The position numbers and the translations under genes are program-made. Shown piece after piece: positions 1-23,574 of a DNA stretch of 64,000 nt (position 1 is the stretch's first letter; each line of letters begins with the position of its first letter). The DNA comes from the human T2T-CHM13v2.0 reference genome, Homo sapiens, in NCBI RefSeq assembly GCF_009914755.1, contig NC_060927.1. One strand, 5' to 3'. Below the pieces are notes generated by a model. It had not been told where the DNA came from and ran no database searches. It saw nothing but the letters and a program-made list of their open reading frames with translations.

Positions 1-897
<897 letters not shown>

Positions 898-899
898 CC

Positions 900-1620
900 C
901 ATTGCCCATTTTTAAACTCAGTTGTTTTTTTTATTTTTTTGATGATGCCCTTTGGGGCACAACGTTTTTTATTTTGTTGAAGTCAAATTTATCTATTTTT
1001 CCCTTTGGTTACTGATGGTTTGGTGGCATATCTAAAATACCACAGCCAAATTCAAGGTCGTAAAAAAAATATATATGCTTCTTTCTATAGTTTTAAGTCT
1101 TACACTTTAGGCCTTTGATTCATTTTGAGTTAATTTTCATACATGATATGAGGTAAGGGGTCCAACTTCATTCTTTTTCATTTGGAAATCTAGTCACCTC
1201 AGCATTATTTACTGAAAAGACTATTTTCCCCCCAACTGGATGGTCCTGGCACACTTGAGAAATCAACTAATTAGCAACTGAGGGTTTACTTTGGATTAAT
1301 CCTATTCCATTGGTCTATATTGTCCACCTTTATACTAGTACCACAGTCTTGATTACTGTTGCTTTGCAGTAAGTTTTAAAATCTGGAGGTGTGAGTCCTC
1401 CAGCTTTGTTTTTTTCCAAGATTATTTTGGTTATTCTGGGTCCCCTGAATTTTGGTATGTATTTTAGTAACAGTTTGTCAATTTCTGCAAAAAAGCCAGC
1501 TGGAATTTTGATAGGAATTACACTGAATCTACAGATCGATTTGGGGAGTACTGTCATCTTTACAATGTTAAGTCTTCTGACATATGAACATGGACGCCTT
1601 TCCATTTATTTAGGTCATCT
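900..1620 (-). mobile_element. L1 (L1M-type) ORF2 3' fragment
   Basis: ORF 1330-1605 translates [12 protein letters not shown]...[16 protein letters not shown]...[24 protein letters not shown], the typical L1 ORF2p C-terminal region; degenerate. Confidence 0.9.
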
Positions 1621-1784
1621 TTCATTTTTACTTCCTCTTTCCTCCCTTCCGTTTTCTCCTTATACTTAGAACCACAGGCATCAAACTAAATGTAGGGAAG
1701 CCTTGTCTCCCACCACTACTTTGTAGAAGAGGAAAAATATAAGAAACAGCTAACAAATAATGCAGTTATAAACTTTAAACAAAC

Positions 1785-1965
1785 AATCCTCGCAACAGTC
1801 CTCCTGTAAGTTCTAATACTCTCATTTACAAATGAAGAAACTGAGTATGGAAAGGCTAATTTGTTCAACGTCAGTCGCACTGCTAGCCAGTAAGAGGCAG
1901 AATTGGACACTGAAGTAAATTAGGCAATCCGTTTCAGAGTACACATTTCTAAACATTCCACTGTC
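1785..1965. mobile_element. MIR SINE
   Basis: MIR core CATTTACAAATGAAGAAACTGAG. Confidence 0.7.
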
Positions 1966-2211
1966 TTACCCTCCTTCCTTCCCCGTGTCAAGAGAAGTGA
2001 TTCTACAGCTTTAGCGTATTATTCTCCTTTGCCTACTCAGGCAAACCTTGGTGACACTGAAAGACTCGATTAATTAATATGCAACTTAGGGCGATTAACT
2101 AGTTTGAATATTTTTCCTTAACTTCACAAACTCAGTCTCTGATGTATTTGATTAACTCTGTCTATGTCTATATTCAGTATGACCGTATGGGCTTTTTAAA
2201 ACTGTTACATG

Positions 2212-3130
<919 letters not shown>

Positions 3131-3250
3131 CCCTATTATGTTTGTTTTCTATGCTTTTATGATGTTTTTGCATACATTTCTTTTAGATGTGTGTATCTTT
3201 TTTCTGTACACACCAGAGGAAGAAATAATAACAATGTCACATATGTTTGA

Positions 3251-3622
<372 letters not shown>

Positions 3623-4229
3623 TGATGAACTCCTGGGCTGAAGTGACCCACCCGCCTCTGTCTTCCAAAGTGGTGGGATTATAATAGGTGGAGCCATGAC
3701 ATCCAGCCAGCTGTGGCTTTCTGAGCTTTAGGGAGCTCTGCTATAGAAAGAATGATAGGTGAAGGCCAGTCCTTTTCACACTTTACAAGTCAAAGTGATT
3801 TCCTGGGATAACTATAGCTCATCTGCATTGCTGCCTGCCTTGCTTATCTGGGTGCTGAGTGTGGGAGTGGTGTGTCCATCATATGTTCTTCAGATGCTAC
3901 AGTGGCTACTGACTATGCTTCAGTAGGTAAATTAAAACCATGCATTAATGAGCAACTCTCCGCATTTCACATAGCAGTCTTTGGTAATTTTCTCACATTT
4001 GTGTGACCATGATGCTTACTCACATTTGTCTGGACAACTTCCTGAAGGCCTTCTGGAGCTGTTCAATGGGCCAGCCCACTAATAACTAATTTAGTATCTC
4101 ACATTTTGAAATGTGGAGCTGTTCAATGGCCAGCCTACTAATGACTAATATCTCACACTTTGAAATCTTTGTTCATTAGCTTTTAATTAACAAAACAATC
4201 CTATCTAAGCTACATATCTAACCATGTGT

Positions 4230-4425
4230 TATAGCCATACAGTGGAGTACTACTCAGCAACAATAAGGAACGAAGTACAGTACTGTACTGAAACATGCTA
4301 CAACATGGATGAATCTTGAAAATACTATGCTCAGTAAAAGAAACCAGTCACAAAGAACCACATGTTTCATACCATATTTGTATGAAATATCCAGAATAGG
4401 TAAATCTACAGAGACAGAAAGCAGC
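4230..4425 (+). mobile_element. L1M 3' end fragment
   Basis: CATACAGTGGAGTACTACTCAGCAA...ACATGGATGAATCTTGAAAA...CCAGAATAGGTAAATCTACAGAGACAGAAAG. Confidence 0.8.
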
Positions 4426-5115
4426 TGCTGGGCGTGGTAGCTCACGCCTGTAATCCCAGCACTTTGGGAGGCCGAGGCGGGTGGAACACCTGAAGTCAGG
4501 AGTTCAAGACCAACCTGGCCAACCTGGTGAAACCCCATCTCTACAAAAATACAAAAAAAAAAATCAGCCAGGCCTGGTGGCGTCCACCTGTAATCCCAGC
4601 TACTCGGGGGGCTGAGCTTGCAGTGAGTGAAGATTGTGACATTGCGCTCCAGCCTGGGCGACAAAGCGAGACTCCATCTCCAAAAAAAAAAAGGAGCATA
4701 GTGGTTGCTTAGGGATGAGGCTAATAGGGACTCTCCAGGCAGAACCCAAGAAGAATGTGTGAGCTTAGTTTGGGGTTCAGCAGCACTTGCTGAGAGGAAC
4801 CTGCTGTGCTTCTCAGATTCCCTAGGCCCATCTTGGAAGGACTTAACTCCAGAACAGGTTCTGAGCGGCAGGTCTATTTCCAGCCACATGTCATTAATAG
4901 ACTAATTCCTCTGCTGAAAAAGAGTCATGACACTTCTTACTTCTTACAGCAGTGAACAGACTCAGGAGCTCTGTTCTGTCCAGAATTCCAATAGCTAACA
5001 ACTTACAATAAATAAAAGTTACAGAAGCCGGGCGCGGTGGCTTACGCCTGTAATCCCAGCACTTTGGGAGGCCGAGGCAGGCGGATCACGAGGTCAGGAT
5101 ATTGACACCATCCTA

Positions 5116-5347
<232 letters not shown>

Positions 5348-5466
5348 TTAGTAGGCCCAAGTACACATACTGATTTAGAAGACAGAAGCAAATCAGTTTC
5401 ACAAAAGGAGCCTTCCCCTCCTTTATTGGCGGGTCCCCGTCCATCTATAATACCCACAGACTGTGA

Positions 5467-5729
<263 letters not shown>

Positions 5730-5814
5730 TGATCCACCTGCCTCGGCCTCCCAAAATGCTGGGATTACAGGCGTGAGCCACTGCACCCAGCCTTAATTTT
5801 TGTATTTTTTGTAG

Positions 5815-5940
<126 letters not shown>

Positions 5941-6394
5941 TAATTCACACCTTACTTGGGATGCTAGCCAGTTTGAACCAGTCAACATGTAAAAGGAAAA
6001 TACAGATGTAACAAAAGTTGGACTGGAAAAACACGTGGCTTAATCCTCTGTCTAATATTCCAAGGAAAATTTACAAATTTTGATAGAGTGACAGTAGAGA
6101 AACTGAAAAAATCTATTTCAGAAAAGGTAAAAGGCGTCATGGATATTAATATAAAAGAGTACGGGGCCAGGTGTGGTGGCTCTCCCCTATAATCTCAGCA
6201 TTCTGGGAAGCTGAGGCGGGCAGATTACTTGAGGTCAGGAGTTCGAGACCAGCCTGGCCAACGTGGTGAAACCCCGTCTCTACTAAAAATACAAAAATTA
6301 GGCTGGATGCAGTGGCTCATGCCTGTAATCCCAGCACTTTGGGAGGCTGAGGCAGGAGGATCACGAGGTCAGGAGATCGAGACCACCCTGGCTA

Positions 6395-6750
<356 letters not shown>

Positions 6751-6874
6751 TCAAAAAAAAAAAAAAAAGTAAAAATTATACATACTTAGGCAGCAGAGTC
6801 ACTGCTTCAAGTGTGAACACAACAGACAAAAAGTCTGGATTGCATTCAATCCTACAACTGGTAATGTCACAGCT

Positions 6875-8140
6875 TCACTGCCCAACGTGGTAGCTACTAG
6901 CCACATTGTGACTTTCTTTTTTTAAGACAGAGTTTCGCTCTTGTTGCCCAGGCTGGAGTGCAATGGCGTGATCTCAACTCACTACAACCTCCGCCTCCCC
7001 GGTAGCTGGGATTACAGGCATGCACCACCATGCCCGGGTAATTTTGTATTTTTAGTAGAGACGGGGTTTCTCCATGTTGGTCAGGCTGGTCTGAACTTCC
7101 CAACCTCAGGTGATCCGCCCACCTCAGCCTCCCAAAGTGCTGGGATTACAGGCGTGAGCCACTGTGCCCGGCCTAATTAATTTATCTTTTTTTTTTTTTT
7201 TTTTTTTTGAGACAGCGTTTCGATCTTGTCCCCCAGACTGGAGTGTAATGGCACGATCTCAGCTCACTACAATCCTGCCTCCCAGGTTCAAGTGATTCTC
7301 CCGCCTCAGCCTCCCAAGTAGCTGGGATTATAGGCATCCACCACTATGTTCGGCTCATTTCCGTATTTTTAGTAGAGACAGGGTTTTGCCTTATTGGCCA
7401 GGCTGGTCTCGAACTCCTATCTCAAGTGATCCACCAGCCTCAGCCCCCGCAAAGTGCTGGGATTACAGGCGTGAGCCACCACACATGGCCAATTAATTTA
7501 TCTTTAAAAAAACAAACAAAAACAAAAAAACAATGCTGGTCAGGCACAGTGACTCCCACCTGTAATCCCAGGATGTCTGAGGCCAGGAGCTCGAGACCAG
7601 CCTGGGCAATACAGTGAGACCTCATTTCTACAAATAATAAAAATTAGCCAGGCGTGTTGGTGAGTGTCTGTAATCCCAGCTACTGGGTGGGTAAGGGTGG
7701 GAAACTGAGGTGAGAGGACAGCTTCAGCCAGTAGGTAAAGTCTACAGTGAGCCATGATCATACCATTGCTCTCCAGCCTGGGTGCTAGAGTGAGTCCCTG
7801 TGTCAAAAACAAGAACAACAAAAAACTGATGTTTAAATTTTAAAATATTCTTCCTTTTTATCAAGTAAGTAAAAATTTTAAAGTATTGAATAAAAGACAG
7901 GTCTTGCCATGTTACCCAGACTGGTCTCAAACTCCTGAGCTCAAGTCATCTGCCTGCCTCAGCCTTCCACAAGTGCTGGGATTACAGGTGTGAACTACTG
8001 CACTTGGCCTAAAATTTTTCATTTTCAAATTCAGTTCCTTGGCCACACTGACCATATTCAATGCTCAATAGCCACATGTGGCTGGGAGCTATGGTACTGG
8101 ACAGTGCAGATATACAGCACGTCCACCATCACAGAAAGAC
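6875..8140. mobile_element. MER3-like hAT DNA transposon split by several Alus
   Basis: GGTAGCTACTAGCCACATTGTG (~6890) and CTCAATAGCCACATGTGGCT...TGGACAGTGCAGATATA (~8065-8115) bracket Alu inserts. Confidence 0.6.
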
Positions 8141-8393
8141 AACGCTGTTCTAAACATGTCTCCCACAGCTGCTGGATTGGTCAAAGAAGACATATCCACA
8201 ATTTAATGTCACAAATTTTTCCAGAAAATGGTCACCACAAACATCAGGTCTTTTAGAGGCCAGGCGTGATGGCTCACTTCTGTAATCCTAGCACTTTGGG
8301 AGGTCAAGGGGGGTAGATCAGCTGAGGTCAGGAGTTCAAGACCAGCCTGGCCAACATGGTCAAACCCCGTCTCTACTAAAAATACAAAAATTA

Positions 8394-8531
<138 letters not shown>

Positions 8532-8607
8532 TCAAAAAATAAAAAAATCAGGTATTTTAAAGATAAATTCTAAGTGCTCCCATCCATCTTTTACGCTTCC
8601 TTCTTAG

Positions 8608-9424
<817 letters not shown>

Positions 9425-10424
9425 TAGCCAGGATGGTCTCAATCTCCTGACCTCGTGATCTGCCTGCCTCAGCCTCCCAAAGTGCTGGGATTACAGGTGT
9501 GAGCCACCGCCCCCGGCCTAATTTTTGTATTTTTAGTAGAGACAGGGATTCACCATGTTGGTGAGGCTGGTCTCGAACTCCTGACCTCGCGATCTGCCTG
9601 CCTCAGCCTCCCGAAGTGCTAGGATTACAGGCGTGAGCCACTGCATCCAGCTCCTTGTCTCAATTCTTATTGCCCCGACTGGTCTCATACAAACCACTTT
9701 TTTGTTTTTGTTTTTCTGAGATAGAGTCTCTCTCTGTTGCCCAGGCTGAAGTGCAGTGGCATGATCTTGGCTCAATGCAACCTCCACCTCCCGGGTTCCA
9801 CCAATTCTCCTGCATCAGTCTCATGAGTAACTAGAATTACAGGTGCGCACAACCATGCCCAGCTAATTTTTGTAATTTTAGTAGAGATGGGGTTTGACCA
9901 TATTGGCCAAACTGGTCTCAAACTCTTCACCTCAAGTGATCTACCTGCCTCGGCCTCCCAAAATGCTGGGATTTCAGGCGTGAGCCACTGCATCCGGCCA
10001 CAAACCACTGTCTTCTATGGGCCATTCCTTGTTCTAGCTACTAGAGATACAGCTTTATCTGGAAAACACTCAGGGAAAACAGCACAATGTAATTAAGTGC
10101 TGTAACAAAAGCTTATCTTCTCTGGTATGAACTCAGAGAAAAGGCAAGTGATTCTGCCAGAGAGCTTCAGATAAGATGATATCTGACCTGGATGGACCTT
10201 GAAGAAGGAGGACAAGTCCCCTGGAAAGAGCGGTAATGATGGTTCAGGAATACTTTCTAAGGTGAGGAAACAGCTTGAGCAAATAACCTCAATGACCAGT
10301 AACACAAGAATTTGGCGGTCGGGCGCGGTGGCTCACACTTGTAATCCCAGCACTTTGGGAGGCCGAGGCGGGCAGATCACGAGGTCAGGAGATCGAGACC
10401 ATCTTGGCTAACACGGTGAAATCA

Positions 10425-10616
<192 letters not shown>

Positions 10617-10871
10617 TCAGAAAGGAGATTTTTGAAAATAAGGGTGGAAAGATGGGGCGATGGTTAGACCAGAGGATATGGTATGTCATGCAGAGCAATC
10701 TGCATTCTATTCTGTAAGGAAGGGAAAGCCACTGGACCAGCACAATCAGGTCTGTAATTAATAGAGAAACAAAGCCTGGCCGGGCACGGCTGTTCACACC
10801 TGTAATCCCGGCACTTTGGGAGACTGAGAGGGGTGCAGATCACCTGAGGTCAGGAGTTCAAGACCAGCCTA

Positions 10872-11120
<249 letters not shown>

Positions 11121-12132
11121 TTAACTGGATAGGGATGAGAAAACTATGGCAAGGGTATGAGGGTGCCCAAAAGAAAGAACCCTAATGGAAGGGGAGGTGG
11201 AATGGGCACAATCTAAGGAGGCGTTTTCCAAACCTCACAAACATTTCCCCACAGTCAGCTGAAAAATATCAGTGCCCAGGTAAGCTGTTATTACAGGTAA
11301 AAACAGCATAGTCTTCTAGTGTATGGAATGGAGAGGGGCAGTGATCTAGCCAAAGAGTGCCACCAACACAAAGGAAGTGGTGGTCATGAAGAAGCCAGAA
11401 ATAACTGAAATGCTCAAAAAGGTATGATGATAATGAACACCAAGAAAAAAGGAAGAACACATTACAAGAAAAGAGTCCAAACTACATGCTTGCAAAAAGA
11501 ACACAGGTCTATGAGGAGGTGTCCAGCAACAGGAGAAAACCTTTTCATATAGCCACAGGCAAGAGTAGATGGCAGTGAATTGAGAAAACGTGGGCACTGA
11601 GATATGTGGTGGAAAATGTTCTTTCAAGAAGTCAGCCCGGGGCCAGGCCTGGTGGCTCACGCCTGTAATCCCAGCACTTTGGGAGGCTGAGGAGGATGGA
11701 TCATTTGAGATCAGGAGTTAGAGACCAGCCTGGCCAACATGGTGAGACCCTGACTCTACTAAAAATACAAAAAATTAGTTGGGCGCGGTGGCTCGCACCT
11801 GTAATCCCAGTACTTTGGAAGCCAAGGTGGGCGGATCACGAGGTCAGCAGTTCGAGACCAGCCTGGCCAACATAGTGAAACCTTACCTCTACTAAAAATA
11901 CAAAAATTAGCCGGACATGATGGCACACGTCTGTAATCCCAGCTACTCGGGAGGCTGAGGCAGGAGAATCGCTTGAACCTGGGAGGTGGAGGTGTCAGTG
12001 AGCCAAAATCGTACCACTGCTCTCCAGACTGGGCAACAAGAGCAAAACATCACACACAAAAAAAGTCAGGCCGGGTGCAGTTATCAGCACTCTGGGAGGC
12101 TGAGGTGGGAGAACTGCTTAAGCACGAGTTCA

Positions 12133-12498
<366 letters not shown>

Positions 12499-12509
12499 TC
12501 AGAAAATAA

Positions 12510-12845
12510 ATGTTACAACATGGATGAACCTTTAAAACATTGCATAAATGAAAGAAGCCAGTCACAAAAGACAATATATGATTCCATTACACGAAATATC
12601 CAGAATAGGCAAATCTATAGAGACACAAAGTAGATTAGTGGTTACCTAAGGCTGGGCGTGGTGATAGGGAGATTGAAGATGACAGTTGAAGAACATAGGG
12701 TTTCTTTTTGAGGTGATAATAATGTTCTAAAATTGACTGTAGTGATACACGTAAAACTCTGTGAATATACTAAAACCCACCAAACTGTTCATTTCAAATG
12801 AATGGTGTGATATATGAATTATATCTCAGTAAAATTGTTACCAAA
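12510..12845 (+). mobile_element. L1MB-like 3' end
   Basis: ACAACATGGATGAACCTTTAAAAC...GAAGCCAGTCACAAAAG...AATGTTCTAAAATTG...TGAATTATATCTCAGTAAAA. Confidence 0.85.
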
Positions 12846-12889
12846 AGAGTTGGTTTTTGTTTTTTTAAAAAAAATAAGCGTTGAAAGTA

Positions 12890-13035
12890 TGGCAGAGACT
12901 GCCTGCTTATCTGCCTCAATAGCTTTCCCCTTCATAGTCACATGGCTGCCAGTTATAAAGACTACATTTCCCAGCATTCACTGCAGCTAGGTGGGGTATT
13001 AAGATCTGACCAACAGACTGTATGCAGAAAATGAT
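12890..13035. mobile_element. Old ERVL-type LTR fragment (LTR33/LTR16-like)
   Basis: GACTACATTTCCCAGCATTCACTGCAGCTAGGTG is characteristic of these LTRs. Confidence 0.5.
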
Positions 13036-13889
13036 GATGCAGGAGAGGAGAGAACTGCTAGAGCAACATTACGAGATTAGAGGGGAACGAGATTTCGCTT
13101 GCAAGTGGAAGGGCTGACCTTAGATAGAACAATGGACTCCCAAGGGACTGATCCACAGGAATAGAAAAATAAGTAAGAAGCAAGATCATAACAGCTGATA
13201 GAGGCAAGGAAAGGGAACAGGAGATTTGAGCCAAAGGACATGGTGCTATATTATCCTAAAAGCAGGAGAATAAACGGACTAAGGAATCTTAGCGGGACTG
13301 CTAGGCAGTGCTAAAAGCAGCCACCTTTGAGGTCAAGGGTCCATGAGTTCAAAGAGAGACAAGTCAGTGAATTTTTTCTTTCGCTACATTCAGTCAAAAG
13401 CACAGAATAGGTAAAGAGTAGGATTTAGGCTAGGCGTGGTGGCTCACACCTATAGTCCCAGCACTTTGGGAGGCTGAGGTGGGCAGATCACTTGAGGTCA
13501 GGAGTTTGAGACCACCCCGGCCAACACGGTGAAACCCCATCTCTACTAAAGTAGCCAAGTGTGGTGGCGCGCTCCTGTGGTCCCATCTACTCAGGAGGCT
13601 GAGACACGAGAATTGCTTGAACCCAGAAGGCGGAGGTTGCTGTGAGCCTTGAGATCGCACCACTGCACTCCACCCTGGGTAACAGAGCAAGACTTTGTCA
13701 AAAAAAAAAAGTAAGATCTAAACCAGGGCTGAGATTTTGCCAGGTAACATAAAATGAGAGACAGAACAAGAAATGGAGAATACATAAAAGGGGGTAATTA
13801 CAGTGATAAACTAAAGGTAAGGAGCAGTGAAAGGGTAGGCAGTAGCATCAATAGATGTTAAGCCCCAGTGGGGGCTTAAAGAATTTTGC

Positions 13890-14837
<948 letters not shown>

Positions 14838-15386
14838 CTATCATACCATAGTGTAATGGCGGGATACATAGATATACAAAACAGGGCTTGACAGAGGTGT
14901 ACAATATTCACCAATAGACACTGGTATATGTATAGACTGTCTCTAGAATAGTACACAGGAGCTTTTTTTTTTTTTTTCCCCAGAAAGGGTCTTGCTTTGT
15001 CACTCAGGCTGCAGTGCTGGAGTGCAGTGGAGTGATCATGACTCACTGCGGCCTAGAACTCCTGGGCTCCCCTCAGCTGCCCCAAGTGCTGGGATTACAT
15101 GCACTGGTCTACAAGAAACACAACAGGTACCTCTAGGGGCCATATATCCTTTTGCACTGTTTGAATTTACCAAATAAAACTATTATGTTTTCGAACAAGA
15201 TAAATTTTTAAATGTAGGGACTTTAAAAGATTTATATAGTAGATTACATCAAGGGGGTAAGAAATAAAGCAATACATATGCAAAAATCCATCTTGGAATC
15301 TGAACTCAAGAAACTACAGAAACGGCTGGGCACGGTGGCTCACGCCTGTAATCCCAGCACGTTGGGAGGCCGAGGTGGGCGAATCA

Positions 15387-15737
<351 letters not shown>

Positions 15738-16210
15738 TCAGGCCAAGGGTTGATTCCCACTACTCATAACATTTCCCCTAAACCTCATTTTAAAGGCCAA
15801 GAGTTACACCCTCACCACCAGAGGCCTCAGTGGCTTCCTGGCTACTCTAAATTCTTCTTTATCCCTGAACTCCTACAGCACTTCGTCTTTCAGTGCTGTT
15901 TCATGCCTATGTGAGCTTGAATCACTGAATACTTTGTTCTGGTACAGAGAAGACTGTATCAGGACTTGGTGCCATGCGTCTGTAATCCTAGCTACTCAGG
16001 AGGCTGAGGTAGCTGGATCCCTTGAGCCCAGGAGTTCAAGGCTGCAGTGAGCTATGATCATGCCACTGCACTCCAGCCTGGGTGACAGAGCAAGATTGTA
16101 GCCAAAAAAGTGAGGTGGGGGGATGGTATATAAAAGGGTTAATTTCCAGCCGGGCACGGTGGCTCACGCCTGTAATTCCAGCACTTTGGGAGGCCGAGGC
16201 GGGCGGATCA

Positions 16211-16500
<290 letters not shown>

Positions 16501-17090
16501 TTACTAATATTAGACACTAGGGCCTTCAAATTTACTTCCTCTAAGTTACTACCCTTCTTTTCTGAATTGACCTTAGGAAGTTACTTCTTTCCAAACAAGA
16601 CCTACAAGTAACAACGCATAGTATGTAAAACTCCTGACCAGGTGTGGTGGCTCACAACTGCAATCCCAGCACTTTGGGAGGCAGGAGGACTGCTTGAAGC
16701 CAAGAGGTGGAGACCAGTCTGGGCAATACAGTGAGACCTCATCTCTCAAAAAAATATGAAAACGGACAGGCAAGGTAGCTTATGCCTATAATCCCAGCAC
16801 TTTGGGAGGCCATGGCGGATGGATCACTTGAGCCCAAGAGTTTGACACCAGCCTGGGCAACATGGCGAAACCTCTGGGAGGCAAAGGTTGCAGTGAGTGG
16901 AGATCGGGCCACTGCACTCCAGCCTGGGCGACAAGAATGAAACTCTGTCTCAAAAAAAAAAAAAAAAATTGGGGAAATGAAGTTGAAAACATAGAGCTGT
17001 TTATTTTGTTTACTGACTGCATGGGAAATTCCTGATGAAAGGGCCAAACTACCATCCATCCATCTGTCCATAATGAACTTGAGCCTGGTA

Positions 17091-17293
17091 TAGGTTGAGT
17101 ACTGCTTATCCAAAATGCTTGGGCCCAGAAGTGTTTCAGATTTCAGAATTTCTTCAGATTTTGGAATATCTGCATTATACTTACTGGTTCAGTATCCCAA
17201 ATCCAAAAATTGAAAGTCTGAAAGGCACCACTAGGCATTTCCTTTGAATGTCATGCCAGCGCCCATCTTGAAGCATTTCAGATGCTCAACCTG
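17091..17293. mobile_element. Tigger4a/MER46-like DNA transposon (MITE)
   Basis: Terminal inverted repeats TAGGTTGAGTA ... TGCTCAACCTG with TA on both sides; internal TTATCCAAAATGCTTGGG..CAGAAGTGTTTCAGATTT. Confidence 0.8.
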
Positions 17294-17799
17294 TACTGCC
17301 ATTATTTGGCCATCCTGATCAAGTGGCTGCCAAGCTCTTAGTTCAAGAGCTTTCCTTTCTGTAGCAGTAAGGGCACTTGGAGATCAAGAGCAGCAGGAAT
17401 AAGGCACATGGTGGTAAGCAATGAAGAAAACCTTCAATTTACTGCCAAGTGAAAATCACTTCAAACTCAAGTTCTTTGGGGAAAGACAGGCAAGGAACAA
17501 TCCCTGAGGTAACATACCGTCAAGTTTCCTAAATAAGAGCATGAAATCATTTATCTCAAAATGTAAATATTATAAGGTTAACCTTCAATGGATGCACAGA
17601 ATCAGGATTTGACTTTGTTTGGCCTAATTCCAAACTTACATTGCCTCTAAGACAATGCGTATCTAGTAAAACTGACAAAGAAAAATGAACCATTAGGTAC
17701 CTCCCAGTGAGCTGGCTAAGAATTTATATATGCTTATTGTAAACCTTATTGCAGGAGTTTACTTTTACCAAGTATATATATTTCTTAAAATAAAAAACT

Positions 17800-20852
<3,053 letters not shown>

Positions 20853-22658
20853 AAGTTAGTTGAAGGGCTACATGTCTGGCACTTGAGGTAAGTGCTTCTC
20901 TCTCACTGAAATCTCATGGCGCTTCCTTACCATTCCCTTTCTACAGAAGAAAAAAACTGAATTACAAAGGAGACATACTACTGCCAAGGGTCTCAAGCCA
21001 TCAAGTGTCAGAGCTAGTATTTAACTGTCAGTTTCTCTCCAGAATCCACGCTCTTAAATAAGATACTCTACTGCCTTTTCTTTCCTTCTTTTTTTTGTGT
21101 GTATGTTTGAGACGGAGTTTCGCTCTGTTGCCCGGGCTGGAGTGCAGCAATCTTGGCTCACTGCAACCTGCGCCTCTCAAGTTCGAGGGATTCTCCTGCT
21201 TCAGCCTTCCGAGTAGCTGGGATTACAGGCACTCACTAATACACTCGGCTGATTTTTGTATTTTTAGTAGAGATGGGGTTTCACCATGTTGGTCAGACTG
21301 GTTTCGAACTCCTGACCTCAGGTGACCCACCCACCTCGGACTCCCAAAGTGCTGGGATAACTGGCATGAGCCACCATACGCAGCCTGCCTTCTGTTTCTG
21401 AACTTAAGATCTTCAAAAGATAAACAGAGCTTCATTATGAATAACTGGAAAAGTTAAACAAGAGATTTCATCCAGAAAAGAAATTTTCCACACACACAAA
21501 AAAACAGGTATTTCCAACAAAGCTGCCATATCACATAATAAAATTATCTTGTAGAAAAAAGCATTAACAAAGTGTTACAACATTAAATATCCATCTTAAA
21601 TTTACTTCCTTAACCTCTCAAAGCCTATATCCCAAACAAAGTTACAAAAAAAAATCCCAGTAGTAGAGCATATGATCTCTAGGTCCATGGAAGAGACACC
21701 AGAGAATCACAACTCATCTGCAACATACAGACTAGGATACAATGGCTAGAAGAATACAGTAAAATAAAAATGTATACATAACAAAAGTTAGAATGCTCAA
21801 CCATATACTTGAAGTCAAAACAAGCAACTTTTTTAAATCATGGGACTGAATCCTTGTGCTTTAGAGCAGCTATAAGCTTCAGAAATTAAAAATCTTGGCC
21901 AGGGTAGCTCACGCCCGTAATCCCAGCAGGAAGCTGAGGCGGGTGGATTGCCTGAGGTCAGGAATTTGAGACCAGCCTGGCCGACATGGTAAAATTCTTG
22001 TCTCTACTAAAATACAAAATACAAAAATTAGCCAAGGGTGGTGGGCAGGTGGTGGATGGCACCTGTAATCGAGCTAGTGGGTAGGTTGAGGCACGAGAAT
22101 CGCTTGACTCACATCTTTAATCCCAGCACTTTGGGAGGCTGAGGCAGGAGGACAACTTGAGCCCAGGAGTACAAGATCTGTCTGGGCAACATAGCAAGAC
22201 ACCATCTCTAGTACAAAAAAAGAGAAGAAAAAAATAAAGCAAAAAAATTTTAAAAACAAATCCTTAGTGGCTCATGCTTGTAATCCCAACACCTTGGGAG
22301 GCCAAGGTGGGTGGGTCACGGGGTCACGAGGTCAAGAGATCAAGGCCATCCTGGCCAACATGGTGAGATCCCGTCTTTACTAAAAATACAAAAATTAGTC
22401 GGGCATGGTCACACACACACACCTGTAGTCCCAGCTACTCTAGAGACTGAGGCACGAGAATCGCTTGAACCTGGGAAACAGAGGTTGAAGTGAACAAAGA
22501 TCACTCACTGCACTCCAGCCTGGGTGACAGTGAGACCCTGTCTCAAGAGAAGAGAAGAGAAGAACCAATGACTTCAAATAAAATAGGCAGAAGTCACTAA
22601 GTCAAGGAAATTAATATTATGAAATCCTTTCCGTTTTTTTTTTTTTTTTTTTTTTTGA

Positions 22659-23083
<425 letters not shown>

Positions 23084-23574
23084 TAATCTCAGAACAAATC
23101 CAAAGAATTTCCCATGTCCTAAAGGCCCTATATGATTTGGCCCCTGCCCACCTCTCTAACCTCTTTTTACCTCCAACTTTTCCTTTCACTCCACTTCAAA
23201 CTTACTTCATTGGCTGTGTATGTTTTCCTCTTTCCCTTCACTTAAATTTAAGATACTATCATAAATATGCTTAAATATGGCCAGACATAGTGGCTCTCAC
23301 CTGCAATCTCAACACTTTCAGAGGCCAAGGGGGGCAGATCACAAGGCCAGGAGTTCGAGAACAGCCTGACCAACATGGTGAAACCCCGTCTCTACTAAAA
23401 ATACAAAAATTAGCTGAGCACAGTGGCGCATGCTGGTACTCCCAACTACTCCAGAGGCCGAGGCACAAGAATCACTTGAACTAGGAGGCGGCGGTTGCAG
23501 TGAGCCGAGATGGCGCTACTGCACTCTGGCCCGGACGACAGAGTGAGACTCAGTCTCAAAAGAGAAAAAAAAAA

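Noticed and set aside
1330-1605. 91-aa ORF with real protein-like content
   Set aside because: It is a degenerate L1 ORF2 remnant, not a host gene
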